A stretch of DNA of 64,000 nucleotides from an uncultured Chlamydiae bacterium (GTDB lineage Bacteria; Chlamydiota; Chlamydiia; Chlamydiales; JAJFMA01): the NCBI GenBank assembly GCA_963713615.1, contig CAVQMM010000001.1, positions 1,696,001-1,760,000 of the forward strand, read 5' to 3'. Under the pieces are notes generated by a model. That model was not told the origin of the DNA, did no database searches, and was given only the letters and a program-made list of their open reading frames with translations. The position numbers were made by a program, and so were the translations under genes. Within the stretch, counting starts at the first letter, position 1, and each line of letters opens with the position of its first letter. Shown piece after piece: positions 20,604 to 30,006 of this stretch.

Positions 20604-21668
20604 TTATTTTTCAGTTGACTGCTTCTGCTCATCTACCGAGATGATAGGCACAAGGGAAGCTTTTAGGCGTGTTTTATCGATCTTTGCTATCCAAACCTCT
20701 CTATCATCCTTTCCATACGCTACTACAAGGTAAGAGCCACAGTCGACAATACCTCCTGGAAATATCACTCTCTTATCATATTCATTATCCGTATAAAATC
20801 CTGGGCCAACAAGCGGGTAGGCACTGATAGCGGTGATTTCGAAAGGAGGCTCCGCTGAAAAGGTATATGCACCCATATAATAGTGCCATAATCGGTTCCT
20901 TGGAGAGATTCCGGACCGCATCTCAAGGGCGGAATGAAAGAAGGCCAAATATTCGCCATCTACAAGAATTGCGGGTGTGCCTCCTCTTAAAAAAGAACCC
21001 CATTCCCATGAAACCGGTGTTGACGTGCTGTATACTGGCGTACAGCAACCAGTGCTTTGATCAGAAGAGAGCACCCTGTGAGGCGCCAGGGTGTAGGATA
21101 AAAAAAGCGATCCCTTATACTCAAAAGGAACCCAGTTTTTTTGCCATTTGTTCCCACGCTCCTCCGCATAGAAAAGCAGGGTGGCAGGTCCCAACGAAAA
21201 TTCCTTACCATCATAAGACAGTTCCGCAACATACATATCTCGGTGATGACTAATCTTTGGATCGGTAACATAAGCATTGTCATTATAGATAAGAAATAAC
21301 TTACCGTCGCAAGAAAAAATTCGTGCATCCTCCGATTGCGAGGGGGATGTGCCCACCAAACGCGTGTTAAGAATCTGAGGCTTGGTTAGCGGTTCAAAGT
21401 CGTCATCCAACAGTACTACGCCAATGTACGATATATATAGACGATCAGGATGCGGTGTAATTCTAAAAGTAAAAACGTAGCCTGCGTCAACCTTTACCAT
21501 TGATGGATTCCATGCGTCAGGGAAACCCTCCACATTGATTTTTTGTGCCGACACAATAGAGTTGCAGTTGACAAAGGAGGATAGGTAATTACGGCCCTCC
21601 AACGTGATATGAGCTAGGATACAAAATACCATTAGGAACGTCATGTGGATAAAAAGTAAGCGTCGCAT
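20604..21668 (-). CDS. GH130/GH43-like beta-propeller protein with signal peptide (paralog 2)
   Basis: WNPSM, SEDARIF, QKNWVPF, RGGTPA, YGKDD. Confidence 0.7.
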   Translation of the reverse strand: MRRLLFIHMTFLMVFCILAHITLEGRNYLSSFVNCNSIVSAQKINVEGFPDAWNPSMVKVDAGYVFTFRITPHPDRLYISYIGVVLLDDDFEPLTKPQILNTRLVGTSPSQSEDARIFSCDGKLFLIYNDNAYVTDPKISHHRDMYVAELSYDGKEFSLGPATLLFYAEERGNKWQKNWVPFEYKGSLFLSYTLAPHRVLSSDQSTGCCTPVYSTSTPVSWEWGSFLRGGTPAILVDGEYLAFFHSALEMRSGISPRNRLWHYYMGAYTFSAEPPFEITAISAYPLVGPGFYTDNEYDKRVIFPGGIVDCGSYLVVAYGKDDREVWIAKIDKTRLKASLVPIISVDEQKQSTEK

Positions 21669-21719
21669 CTAAAGCCTCTGGAGTTCTATCAAATTGATCC
21701 GATAACCGGCTCATGTTTT

Positions 21720-21997
21720 TGGTTCTTGGGAAGAATTGGGGGCGCATTGGAATCACAATCGTCACTCGGCGCTTTGGAGTGCGGTCGCTCGCGACCGCTT
21801 TGGATTTAGGCGAATCTACTGCGGCACACAGCTTTCCGTTAAACCGTCCAGCCCTCTTATATACCCCTGAAGAAGAAAAGTAAAGATTCGTACCGTACCT
21901 AGTTCGCTCAAATCCAAAGCGGTCGCGAGCGACCGCACTCCAAAGCGCCGAGTGACGATTGTGATTCCAATGCGCCCCCAATTCTTCCCAAGAACCA
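21720..21997. repeat. REP-doublet/MITE-like element, family A, with perfect 88-bp inverted arms
   Basis: 21720-21807 is the exact reverse complement of 21910-21997. Core sequence GCGCTTTGGAGTGCGGTCGCTCGCGACCGCTTTGG. Confidence 0.9.
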
Positions 21998-22090
21998 TCT
22001 TTTTTTGACCGCTAGTGTCTGCAAAAAGCATCGTGAGCCATTCGTTGAATTCTTTCCAGTCAAATTTTGGCTAGTCTAAGAAATGCCCGT

Positions 22091-22690
22091 TTATAAGCGC
22101 CAACCCAACCCGAGGCCGATACGAAAGCCCCCGACATTATCCACATTGGTCAGGTGCATAGGAATGTAAAGATAATCCACAAAAGCGTCCAAAAATAGGT
22201 TTTCAGTAATGTTTTTATAAATACCGCTTTTGAACGTGGCCCCAAAACGCGCTTTTCGTACGTGTTTCTCCACAAAATCAGAATCGTTAAACAATCGCAT
22301 CCAGGTATAATTAAAACCCGCACCAGCATACACGTCCACGCAGCAACTTACCGGACAAACATACTTTAAACCGAAGCTCAATGGATATAAGGTCAAGGTG
22401 GTGGGCTCTGGTACTCCTAAAGAATGCCCTCTTTTATTAAAGTAGGTAAAATTGCACCAAGCCGACCAGCGATCAATCAGCTGTTTGCTTAGCTCCGCTT
22501 CTACGTCAAAGCGGGCGCCACGATAGATTTTTCTGACAAGGTTTTTAGTAGGATACACATAGGCACTACGAATCTCTACATCCCAGCCACAGTCCCATTC
22601 CGAATTCATGTCATAACACTGTGAGACAACAGTATTTGGTAACGTCAGAAGCGCTAAGCAAAGAAATAGAAACCAGCCCATGCGTTGCAT
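22091..22690 (-). CDS. Small outer-membrane beta-barrel protein (OmpW/OmpA-TM-like)
   Basis: Signal peptide, YAGAGFNY strand, terminal strand GFRIGLGLGWRL. Confidence 0.7.
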   Translation of the reverse strand: MQRMGWFLFLCLALLTLPNTVVSQCYDMNSEWDCGWDVEIRSAYVYPTKNLVRKIYRGARFDVEAELSKQLIDRWSAWCNFTYFNKRGHSLGVPEPTTLTLYPLSFGLKYVCPVSCCVDVYAGAGFNYTWMRLFNDSDFVEKHVRKARFGATFKSGIYKNITENLFLDAFVDYLYIPMHLTNVDNVGGFRIGLGLGWRL

Positions 22691-22699
22691 TATTACCCC

Positions 22700-24343
22700 C
22701 TAATATAAAGTAACACTCAATCCGTAGCTTTCCTGACCCATTAAGTTTACGGTTTTCACCGTATAGACATCGGCTGTTTTAATGCTAGCATCATAATCGA
22801 CATATAAATGAGGTCCAACGGATGGTATAGAGACGATCAGCTTACTGTTGCGATAGATGCGATAGGCTACAACTGCAGGATCGATGCTTGGGTCCCAACT
22901 CAATGTATGAATGACTTTCGTGCCCGAAATAAAACTTCGGCGTACGGATTTCCCATAGATGTTGAGAGCATCGTCTGGTAAATAAATTCTCACTAAAGCC
23001 TTGATGGATCTATCAGAAGCATCTTCCCAAACTGCCACGATGTTATGACCGCAGTCCAAACAAGCTCTTATGCCAACGCTGTTAGAGGATTCTGACGAGA
23101 ACCTCCAAGGATTAGTCCAGGTACCTCCAGCCCAGGAAACGGCCTCGTGCAATTGAAAGAACCGATGTCCATCTTCCCATACGGCCAACAAACGGCTAGA
23201 ATCATTAATGGAGACCTTAACGTTATCACTAGCCTGAGAGTTTGAAATCTGCTTGACTGGCTGCCACCAACCTTTCGCTGGCCTATATGACGACTGAATC
23301 CCCCTTGAGGTCCATGCCGCTACCGCTGCGCCAGTGGGATCAACCGCCAAGCTGGGGTTACAAGAATCTTTACCTGGCACGGATAACACATCAATTGATG
23401 ACCACGTGAAATTTGAGAAATTGTATGAGGCTGTCTCAATTGTTGTAGGCTGGTTACGTGACTCCAATTCCCATACGCTAATGGCGGTATCAGACTGATC
23501 AATCCCGACGCGAGGATTAAAAACCCCCAATGAACCCGCTGTCACTGTTGAAACTGGTCCCCACTCCCCTCCAATGCCACCAGTGAAGGGCCGGGCGGCC
23601 AAAGACCTGATGTTAACGCTATCATAATCTACCCATACTGCCAGTGCATTACCTGCATCATTGACGGCAACGGAGGGCAAGCAAGACTGGTGGTTGAATG
23701 TTGCATCTGAAATAAGAGCTCCTGTAGAAGAACTCCATGCACCTGCAGAAAAAGTATTTGCATAGATCTCCTGGACACCATCGACCGATGTATCCCACAC
23801 GGCAATAGCTAAGTCCAAATTGGGAGCGATGGCCACCTGAATATTATCGTAAATCAGATCTGCTGCAGATAATATCATGGGCGAACTCCAGACTCCTTCT
23901 GCGATGGAGGATATCCATGAGCTTTCCAATTGCATGTCTGACTGATTCTGCCAAACCACCAATGCAGCCCCTCCTAGAGAACAAGCGACTGCTGGACCGA
24001 TCGCATCGATGTCTTTGTCCGACAAATAGATGGAAGGTGACCACCCCACATTCATACAATAGGTAGCCGCTGCAACACGATGATGACCGTCCACGTCATC
24101 AACCCATACAGCGAGGGCATTCCCCACACCGTCACCAGCGAGTTGAGGACTCTGAAGCATCCGAATATTCTGTGCTGAAATACGCTTAAAATCCACCCCT
24201 GCACTACCTGGAAGCGGAAGGCTTACACCCACGACTAAAAGCCATAGCCCAGCGAAAATCTTTAAATTGCCATATCTAAAAAAAGCGTTCAGCATCTCTC
24301 TCATCAACTTAAAAATTTTGAAAAAACGAATTTTTTTTGGCAT
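22700..24343 (-). CDS. Exported repeat (probably beta-propeller) protein with C-terminal FN3-like domain
   Basis: About 8 repeats of P.VA.D..G.A.AVW. C-terminal LSWDPS..VVAYRIYRN..YTVKTVN..GQES. Confidence 0.65.
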   Translation of the reverse strand: MPKKIRFFKIFKLMREMLNAFFRYGNLKIFAGLWLLVVGVSLPLPGSAGVDFKRISAQNIRMLQSPQLAGDGVGNALAVWVDDVDGHHRVAAATYCMNVGWSPSIYLSDKDIDAIGPAVACSLGGAALVVWQNQSDMQLESSWISSIAEGVWSSPMILSAADLIYDNIQVAIAPNLDLAIAVWDTSVDGVQEIYANTFSAGAWSSSTGALISDATFNHQSCLPSVAVNDAGNALAVWVDYDSVNIRSLAARPFTGGIGGEWGPVSTVTAGSLGVFNPRVGIDQSDTAISVWELESRNQPTTIETASYNFSNFTWSSIDVLSVPGKDSCNPSLAVDPTGAAVAAWTSRGIQSSYRPAKGWWQPVKQISNSQASDNVKVSINDSSRLLAVWEDGHRFFQLHEAVSWAGGTWTNPWRFSSESSNSVGIRACLDCGHNIVAVWEDASDRSIKALVRIYLPDDALNIYGKSVRRSFISGTKVIHTLSWDPSIDPAVVAYRIYRNSKLIVSIPSVGPHLYVDYDASIKTADVYTVKTVNLMGQESYGLSVTLY

Positions 24344-24561
24344 GCATTGACCAGGTCCAATACGCTTGCCAAATTTTGCTTTGATATCCTAAGCGCTATA
24401 TTTTGTTAAGAGGTTGTTCTGTGCACCCTCCCGAGCCCCTACGCGTTAAGCTAAAAGAACTAGGAATTTTCACCGCCGAGGCGCATAGAAGCTCGTGGGG
24501 CTTTTTTAGGATTTTCACCGCCGAGACGCCGAGATAGGAGAGAGAGAGGATTAGGAGAGAA

Positions 24562-24672
24562 TGTGCCGTTTGTGTGTCCTTGGGCAAAATGCTGTCCAAG
24601 GGCTTTACCAAAACGCTAACCCCTCAAGAGGCCCTTGGGCAGAATTTTGCCCAAGGACACACAAACGGCACA
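24562..24672. repeat. Palindromic doublet with 29-bp perfect arms
   Basis: TGTGCCGTTTGTGTGTCCTTGGGCAAAAT (24562-24590) pairs with 24644-24672. Preceded by two ATTTTCACCGCCGAG units (24466, 24511) related to the hairpin at 38782-38815. Confidence 0.8.
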
Positions 24673-24772
24673 GGTGCTCAATCTAACTTTTTCGAGGACC
24701 TTGCTCCTTTTCTGCCATTCGGGCAATATTGATGAAGTTCTCTTTCAAAGATGCTTAGGAGCCTAATACTCC

Positions 24773-25672
24773 GTGTACCCTCGAATACTACTACACGCAA
24801 TATGCCTACTGTTGGTGACTCATAGGCAGTGTGATGCCGCCTGGAGTTCTTCCTCGGATATTTTTATTGGCTACCGCAACGATTGGCTGACCACTATCAT
24901 AGATGGCTTTGAACATCAGCCACGACGTTTGACTTCTATCGCCGATCTGAGGGTTAGAGATATCAGCATCTTCGAATTTGCAGTCAACGGTGAACGAGTT
25001 TACAATGACACTTGGGTAGTAGCAGCTTCTGCTAAAATCGGTACGGTTTGCAGTGGAAACTATTTCGAAGAAACGATCACTTACTATGCACCACCTATTG
25101 CGGCCGATGTTACCAGCGGGCACAGTGCCGATGGTTGCTTAGGTATTGGCTACCTGATTCCCCTGTACCTAGGTATTAACTTACAACCTATGGCTGGGTG
25201 GTCCTGGAACTACCTGAAGGTCAAAATAAATCGTACAACAAAAAACGGTCTTCCCATCCCTGATCTAGAAGGTGTTACTTACACCAACTACTGGCAAGGT
25301 CCTTGGATTGGATTAGCTTCTCGCGGTACATGGTGCGGCATCAACGTCAAATCAGGTTATGAATATCATTGGCCTTACTGGAAAGGCGCCTGGACGGTTG
25401 CTGGACCCGATAACCCAGGTGGCTATTCCGACCGTCGTCGTTCACATCAGGCCACTGGACAGGTCCTGTGGATTGAAAATAGCTACATATTCCCTAGCTG
25501 CTGGGAAATCGGTTGGGGCTTTAAGACGGGTTATTGGGAAGCAACACATGGTACCGCCTATCCACGCGCTGCTTTCGTCGCTGTAGGCCGACCAAGCGCA
25601 GCATTTGATCTAGTACGACGGGTTACTTGGTTAACGTTTCAAGCTAAATTATTTTGCGGTATTCAGTTCTGA
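24773..25672 (+). CDS. Outer-membrane beta-barrel protein, paralog of 18260-19219
   Basis: YTNYWQGPWIG, SGYEYHWP, C-terminal FCGIQF. Confidence 0.7.
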   Translation: MYPRILLHAICLLLVTHRQCDAAWSSSSDIFIGYRNDWLTTIIDGFEHQPRRLTSIADLRVRDISIFEFAVNGERVYNDTWVVAASAKIGTVCSGNYFEETITYYAPPIAADVTSGHSADGCLGIGYLIPLYLGINLQPMAGWSWNYLKVKINRTTKNGLPIPDLEGVTYTNYWQGPWIGLASRGTWCGINVKSGYEYHWPYWKGAWTVAGPDNPGGYSDRRRSHQATGQVLWIENSYIFPSCWEIGWGFKTGYWEATHGTAYPRAAFVAVGRPSAAFDLVRRVTWLTFQAKLFCGIQF

Positions 25673-26769
25673 CTGCCTGCCGGCTGCATTTTATGTTCTA
25701 CAGCCACCAAAGATTCTTTAAGGAATGTTTTGTCTATTCTGCCAATCCATATTTCTTTGTCATCCTTGCCGTATGCGAGAAGCAAGAAAGTTCCGCGGTC
25801 CAAGTATCCACCGGGAAAGAATACCACCTTGTCTAGGCCTGAGCGAGTATAAAAATCAGCATCTACAAATGGCTCACGACTGACTGCAGTAATCTCAAAA
25901 GGGGGGGTGGAAGAAAAGGTATACGCTCCCATGTAATAGTGAGCTTTTGCGTTAGCGACGGAGGCCATGGATCTTGTGAGTGCAAAGGAATGGAAAAAGG
26001 ATAAATACTGTCCATCTACAAGCTGTGCTGGTGTTCCACCACGCAGTATACCCCAGGGCCAATGGATATTCGATGATGTCTTACAAAAGGTTCGGCACTC
26101 ACCTGTAGCGAGGTCGGGCAAGAGAATCTCTTGTGGTGCTAGGGTATACCCCAGCAGGAGAGTGTTCTCATAGATAAACGGAACCCAGTTTTTTTGCCAT
26201 TTTTGATGAAGATGTTGAGGTGGAGGTATCAGTTTCGTGGCAGGTCCTAAAACAAACTCGTCATGTACATAATTCAATTCCGCTATAAACATGTCTCTGC
26301 GACGATCAAGCGTCACCGCCGTTTCGTCGATATTATCGTTGTAAATGAGGTACACTTTGCCGTTAAGGGAAAAAATACGAGCATCTTCAGATTGATGCGG
26401 CGAGGTTCCTGTCAGCCGCGAGTCCAAGAGCTGTGGCGTTGAAATGACCTCTAAGTTATCGTTTAAGAGCACTGCTCCCATGCGCGAGATCTCGCCCGAA
26501 TTCAATCCCGGAGAAATTCTAAAAGTAAGAATAATACCGAAATCTGTTCTAATCAATGAAGGGTTATGTGCATTAGGAAATCCCTCTAAACTAAGCCTGG
26601 ACGCGGCAAAGCTAGCAAAGGGACGGACATATTCTGGACAGGGGCGTGCAAAAGACGACGTGAAGGTAGGTACGCTTAATATTAGCGTTACAGTAGTTGC
26701 TAGCGGCAGTATACGCATAGGGCTCTCTTGAAATCGCAGAAAGTCCAGAAGCTTAACAGTAAAGAACAA
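25663..26769 (-). CDS. GH130/GH43-like beta-propeller protein with signal peptide (paralog 3)
   Basis: HNPSL, SEDARIF, QKNWVPF, RGGTPA, YGKDD. Likely start at the MRILP ATG (26718). Confidence 0.7.
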   Translation of the reverse strand: MFFTVKLLDFLRFQESPMRILPLATTVTLILSVPTFTSSFARPCPEYVRPFASFAASRLSLEGFPNAHNPSLIRTDFGIILTFRISPGLNSGEISRMGAVLLNDNLEVISTPQLLDSRLTGTSPHQSEDARIFSLNGKVYLIYNDNIDETAVTLDRRRDMFIAELNYVHDEFVLGPATKLIPPPQHLHQKWQKNWVPFIYENTLLLGYTLAPQEILLPDLATGECRTFCKTSSNIHWPWGILRGGTPAQLVDGQYLSFFHSFALTRSMASVANAKAHYYMGAYTFSSTPPFEITAVSREPFVDADFYTRSGLDKVVFFPGGYLDRGTFLLLAYGKDDKEIWIGRIDKTFLKESLVAVEHKMQPAGSQN

Positions 26770-26798
26770 TTTTACTTAAGCTTATCGTAACTGTTCAG

Positions 26799-27455
26799 TC
26801 AAATCGCCATGGATTGAATGAGTTGCTCATAGTCCTTCCCTGCCAGGCTAATGATCTCGTAAGCCTCTTTTTGGCCATAGGTGTGTACAATTTCTACCTT
26901 GCGTGTCGTGTTGCCATTTGGAGCATCCTTATAGGTAAGAAAATAGTGACGCAAGCGCTCAATCAAGCTCTTGGGGCATTGGCCTATATCATGTATCCCA
27001 TCAAACACGTAGTCTCCCATCAACACTGCTATAATTTTGTCATCAGCTTCATCGCCATCCAATAAACGAAATCCCCCTATGGGCCGCGCTCTTACAATAA
27101 GATCACCCCGCACGATGACTTTTTCTGTCAGAACGCAAATGTCTAATGGGTCATTGTCGCCCAGAATATCTTTACGACCTGTTTTCTGAATGCAGTAATC
27201 AGCTACACGCTGTCCACAATATGTTCGTGGTACAAATCCATAGAGGGTAGGGCATAAGCTTGAATATTCTTGAGGCCGGTCGATTTTGAGGATGCCGGTG
27301 GCCTTGTCTAACTCGTATTTCACGGTGTCGGTAGGGACGATCTCAATGTAACAGTTGACGATATCCGGGGCTTGGTCTCCTATGGCAAGGCCATGCCATG
27401 GATGCGACCGGAAGAGCATGTTCTTTGGAAGTGATGGAGGTGTTGTAGCTGTCAT
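26799..27455 (-). CDS. ppa: Inorganic pyrophosphatase (family I)
   Basis: HPWH, KYELDK, YGFVPRT, GDNDPLD, DGDEADDKIIAV. ATG at 27455 preceded by AAAGGAG. Confidence 0.95.
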   Translation of the reverse strand: MTATTPPSLPKNMLFRSHPWHGLAIGDQAPDIVNCYIEIVPTDTVKYELDKATGILKIDRPQEYSSLCPTLYGFVPRTYCGQRVADYCIQKTGRKDILGDNDPLDICVLTEKVIVRGDLIVRARPIGGFRLLDGDEADDKIIAVLMGDYVFDGIHDIGQCPKSLIERLRHYFLTYKDAPNGNTTRKVEIVHTYGQKEAYEIISLAGKDYEQLIQSMAI

Positions 27456-27601
27456 GATTGCTCCTTTGACTGGAAGGTAGCCCCTCGCCGCATTTTGATC
27501 AAATACCGTTATCAGTGACCTCAAAAAAATTTACAATGTCCTTTAATATTAGTTATTGGTACTATGTATCATTAAACGATTTAAAATACTGAATAAGTTC
27601 T

Positions 27602-29200
27602 ATGAGCAGCCAAGAGTCCATTTTAGATGCCTGTACCAGGCGCCGCACTTTTGCCATCATCAGCCACCCAGATGCCGGTAAGACAACATTAACAGAAAAG
27701 CTCCTGCTCTATTCTGGCATGATACGAACAGCAGGAATGGTGCGCGGTCAAAAGGGTCGCCGAGCTGCAGCTTCCGATTGGATGTCTATGGAACAAGAAA
27801 GAGGGATCTCTATCACCTCTTCAGCCATGCAGTTCTCCTACAAAGACACCGTCATCAATGTCTTAGATACGCCTGGTCACGAGGATTTCTCGGAGGATAC
27901 TTACCGGACACTAACAGCCGCAGATTGTGCTATCATGGTTATCGATGCGGGTAAGGGTGTTGAAAAGCAGACTTTGAAGCTTTTCGAGGTGTGTAGACTT
28001 AAAAAAATTCCCGTATTGACATTCATCAATAAGATGGATATGCCTGGTCGCGACCCCTTGGACTTGATGAATGAGGTGGAAAACGTCCTAGGTATTCGGT
28101 CAGCTGCAATGAATTGGCCAATCGGATCCGGCAAGGAATTCATCGGGGTCGTTGAGCGCGATACTCAGGATTGTTTGTTTTTCACCAAAACATCTATCGG
28201 TGGTGCTCAAAAGGCTGATATTTTGCGTCTTCCTCTTCGCAGTGACGCAGCTAAGGCTAAGATTGGTCAGGAAGGCTTTTCCACTCTGGTGCATGATTTG
28301 GAACTGTTGGAAGCGGCTGGTAATCCTTTTATTCTTGAAGATTTTTTAGCTGGTGAGTTGTCTCCGGTATTCTTTGCGTCAGCATTGACGAATTTTGGCG
28401 TAGAGCCCTTTTTTGATGCATTCATCCACCTGGCGCCCTGTCCACACGTTCGTATAGCTGATGGTATCGACGGCGCCGAACTTCAAATTGATCCTATTAC
28501 CGCGCCCTTCAGTGGCTACGTTTTTAAGCTGCAGGCGAATATGGACAAGCGTCACCGTGATAGCATGGCATTTCTGCGTATCTGTTCGGGAAGGTTTGAG
28601 AGGGATTTAGTCGTAAAACATCATCGTTTGGGTCGAGAGATTCGTTTGTCACGTCCCCATGGTATGGTGGCCGGTGAGCGAACAACCCTTGATTATGCTT
28701 ACGCTGGTGATATCATCGGTGTCATCAATCCCGGAATGTTTGCCATCGGCGATACCGTTTCTGTAACAGGTGGTTTCAATTTTAAGCCTTTACCGCAGTT
28801 CCAACCGGAAATTTTTGCCCGGGTATACCCCAAGGATGTTGGTAAGAGAAAGTCCTTTGATAAGGGCGTCCTGCAATTGACAAACGAGGGCGCCATTCAA
28901 CTATTGCGTCAAGGCGAACGTGGTGGAGAATATATCTTTGGGGCTGTGGGAAAGCTTCAGTTTGAGGTTCTGCAGCATCGTCTGCTTGACGAATATAATG
29001 TAGAAACGGTCCTTACACCTCTATCCTACCAATGTAGTGCCTGGTTGTTAGGAGATCTTAAAACCTTCAAGAAAGCTGCTAATTCGATCATCGTCTTAGA
29101 CAGGCAAGACAGGCATATCGTGCTGTTCAATAGTGCATGGGAAAAGCAATACACTATTCAACAAAACCCTCAGCATCAGCTAGTCGATATGATTTCTTAA
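27602..29200 (+). CDS. prfC: Peptide chain release factor 3
   Basis: RRTFAIISHPDAGKTTLTEK, SDWM, DTPGHEDFSEDTYR, NKMD, GAVGKLQFEV. Confidence 0.97.
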   Translation: MSSQESILDACTRRRTFAIISHPDAGKTTLTEKLLLYSGMIRTAGMVRGQKGRRAAASDWMSMEQERGISITSSAMQFSYKDTVINVLDTPGHEDFSEDTYRTLTAADCAIMVIDAGKGVEKQTLKLFEVCRLKKIPVLTFINKMDMPGRDPLDLMNEVENVLGIRSAAMNWPIGSGKEFIGVVERDTQDCLFFTKTSIGGAQKADILRLPLRSDAAKAKIGQEGFSTLVHDLELLEAAGNPFILEDFLAGELSPVFFASALTNFGVEPFFDAFIHLAPCPHVRIADGIDGAELQIDPITAPFSGYVFKLQANMDKRHRDSMAFLRICSGRFERDLVVKHHRLGREIRLSRPHGMVAGERTTLDYAYAGDIIGVINPGMFAIGDTVSVTGGFNFKPLPQFQPEIFARVYPKDVGKRKSFDKGVLQLTNEGAIQLLRQGERGGEYIFGAVGKLQFEVLQHRLLDEYNVETVLTPLSYQCSAWLLGDLKTFKKAANSIIVLDRQDRHIVLFNSAWEKQYTIQQNPQHQLVDMIS

Positions 29201-29204
29201 TAGC

Positions 29205-29523
29205 CCTATGTGGCGCGTCATTCCATGACTGCTCCTCACAATCGTTGCTCGGCGCGCAGCGCTTTGGAGTGCGGTCGCTTGCGACCGCTTTTCGTTCCTT
29301 ACGACGACCATGTAAAACGGTATCACTATCATTCGCTAAGGGTAAAATAGTTAGCACATGCCGCCTTCACCGAATCCGTACAACGCCGTTTAGCATTACC
29401 GTCGCAAGGAACCCAAAGCGGTCGCAAGCGACCGCACTCCAAAGCGCTTCGCGCCGAGATACGATTGTGAGTCAGGAAAAAGATATGTGCAACACCATGC
29501 ATGGAATGACTGCTCCACATAGG
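29205..29523. repeat. Nested palindromes: family A element (29235-29471) inside a family C pair (CCTATGTGGCGC..GTCATTCCATGACTGC)
   Basis: Inverted arms are directly visible. The inner element is nearly identical to 60306-60538. Confidence 0.85.
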
Positions 29524-29576
29524 AAGCTTTGATGGCTGCGCGCGGGTTATTCGATGCCGCGCACAGCTAAGGACGA

Positions 29577-29918
29577 TTAACTTTCGCGCTTAAAGAATTC
29601 ATCAATCTTGCATTCGAAGGAGTCGCAACTCTTCTCTTTGCACATCTTGTGCTTCCAGCGTGAATGGTTAGCCTCGGAAACTAGCTTGGCTAGTTCGTCC
29701 AAATTCTTGCCAATCCCTGACTTAATATTCTCTTTAATTTTTTCCTTAAGGACTTCCATCCAAGCTTCGTCAGCGAGTTCAAGTAACTCCTTAGCAAAGC
29801 TTCCATGCTCATGGCACTCATCCTGATGACAACAACTCGACTTTTGCTTATGACATGCACAGGCACAGTCGCTTACATTGCAGCTGCCTTCTTGATAATG
29901 ATGATGATGATGACCCAT
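29577..29918 (-). CDS. Small His/Cys-rich protein with helical C-terminal domain
   Basis: GHHHHHY..CACACH..CCH..CHEH. RBS GGAGG upstream. Confidence 0.75.
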   Translation of the reverse strand: MGHHHHHYQEGSCNVSDCACACHKQKSSCCHQDECHEHGSFAKELLELADEAWMEVLKEKIKENIKSGIGKNLDELAKLVSEANHSRWKHKMCKEKSCDSFECKIDEFFKRES

Positions 29919-30006
29919 ATTTTTTCCTCCTATTTCAATGAACCCTTACAAACATCCATGACATAATTCGTTGAAAATTTCAAGAAAAGGATGATCTCCC
30001 GGGGGA

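Noticed and set aside
21589..22031. ORFs across palindromic repeats (also 29137-29532, 42877-43535 and 59464-60711)
   Set aside because: They translate the repeat itself (SALECGRLRPL, KAVASDRTPK) on both strands and lack an RBS or domain signal.
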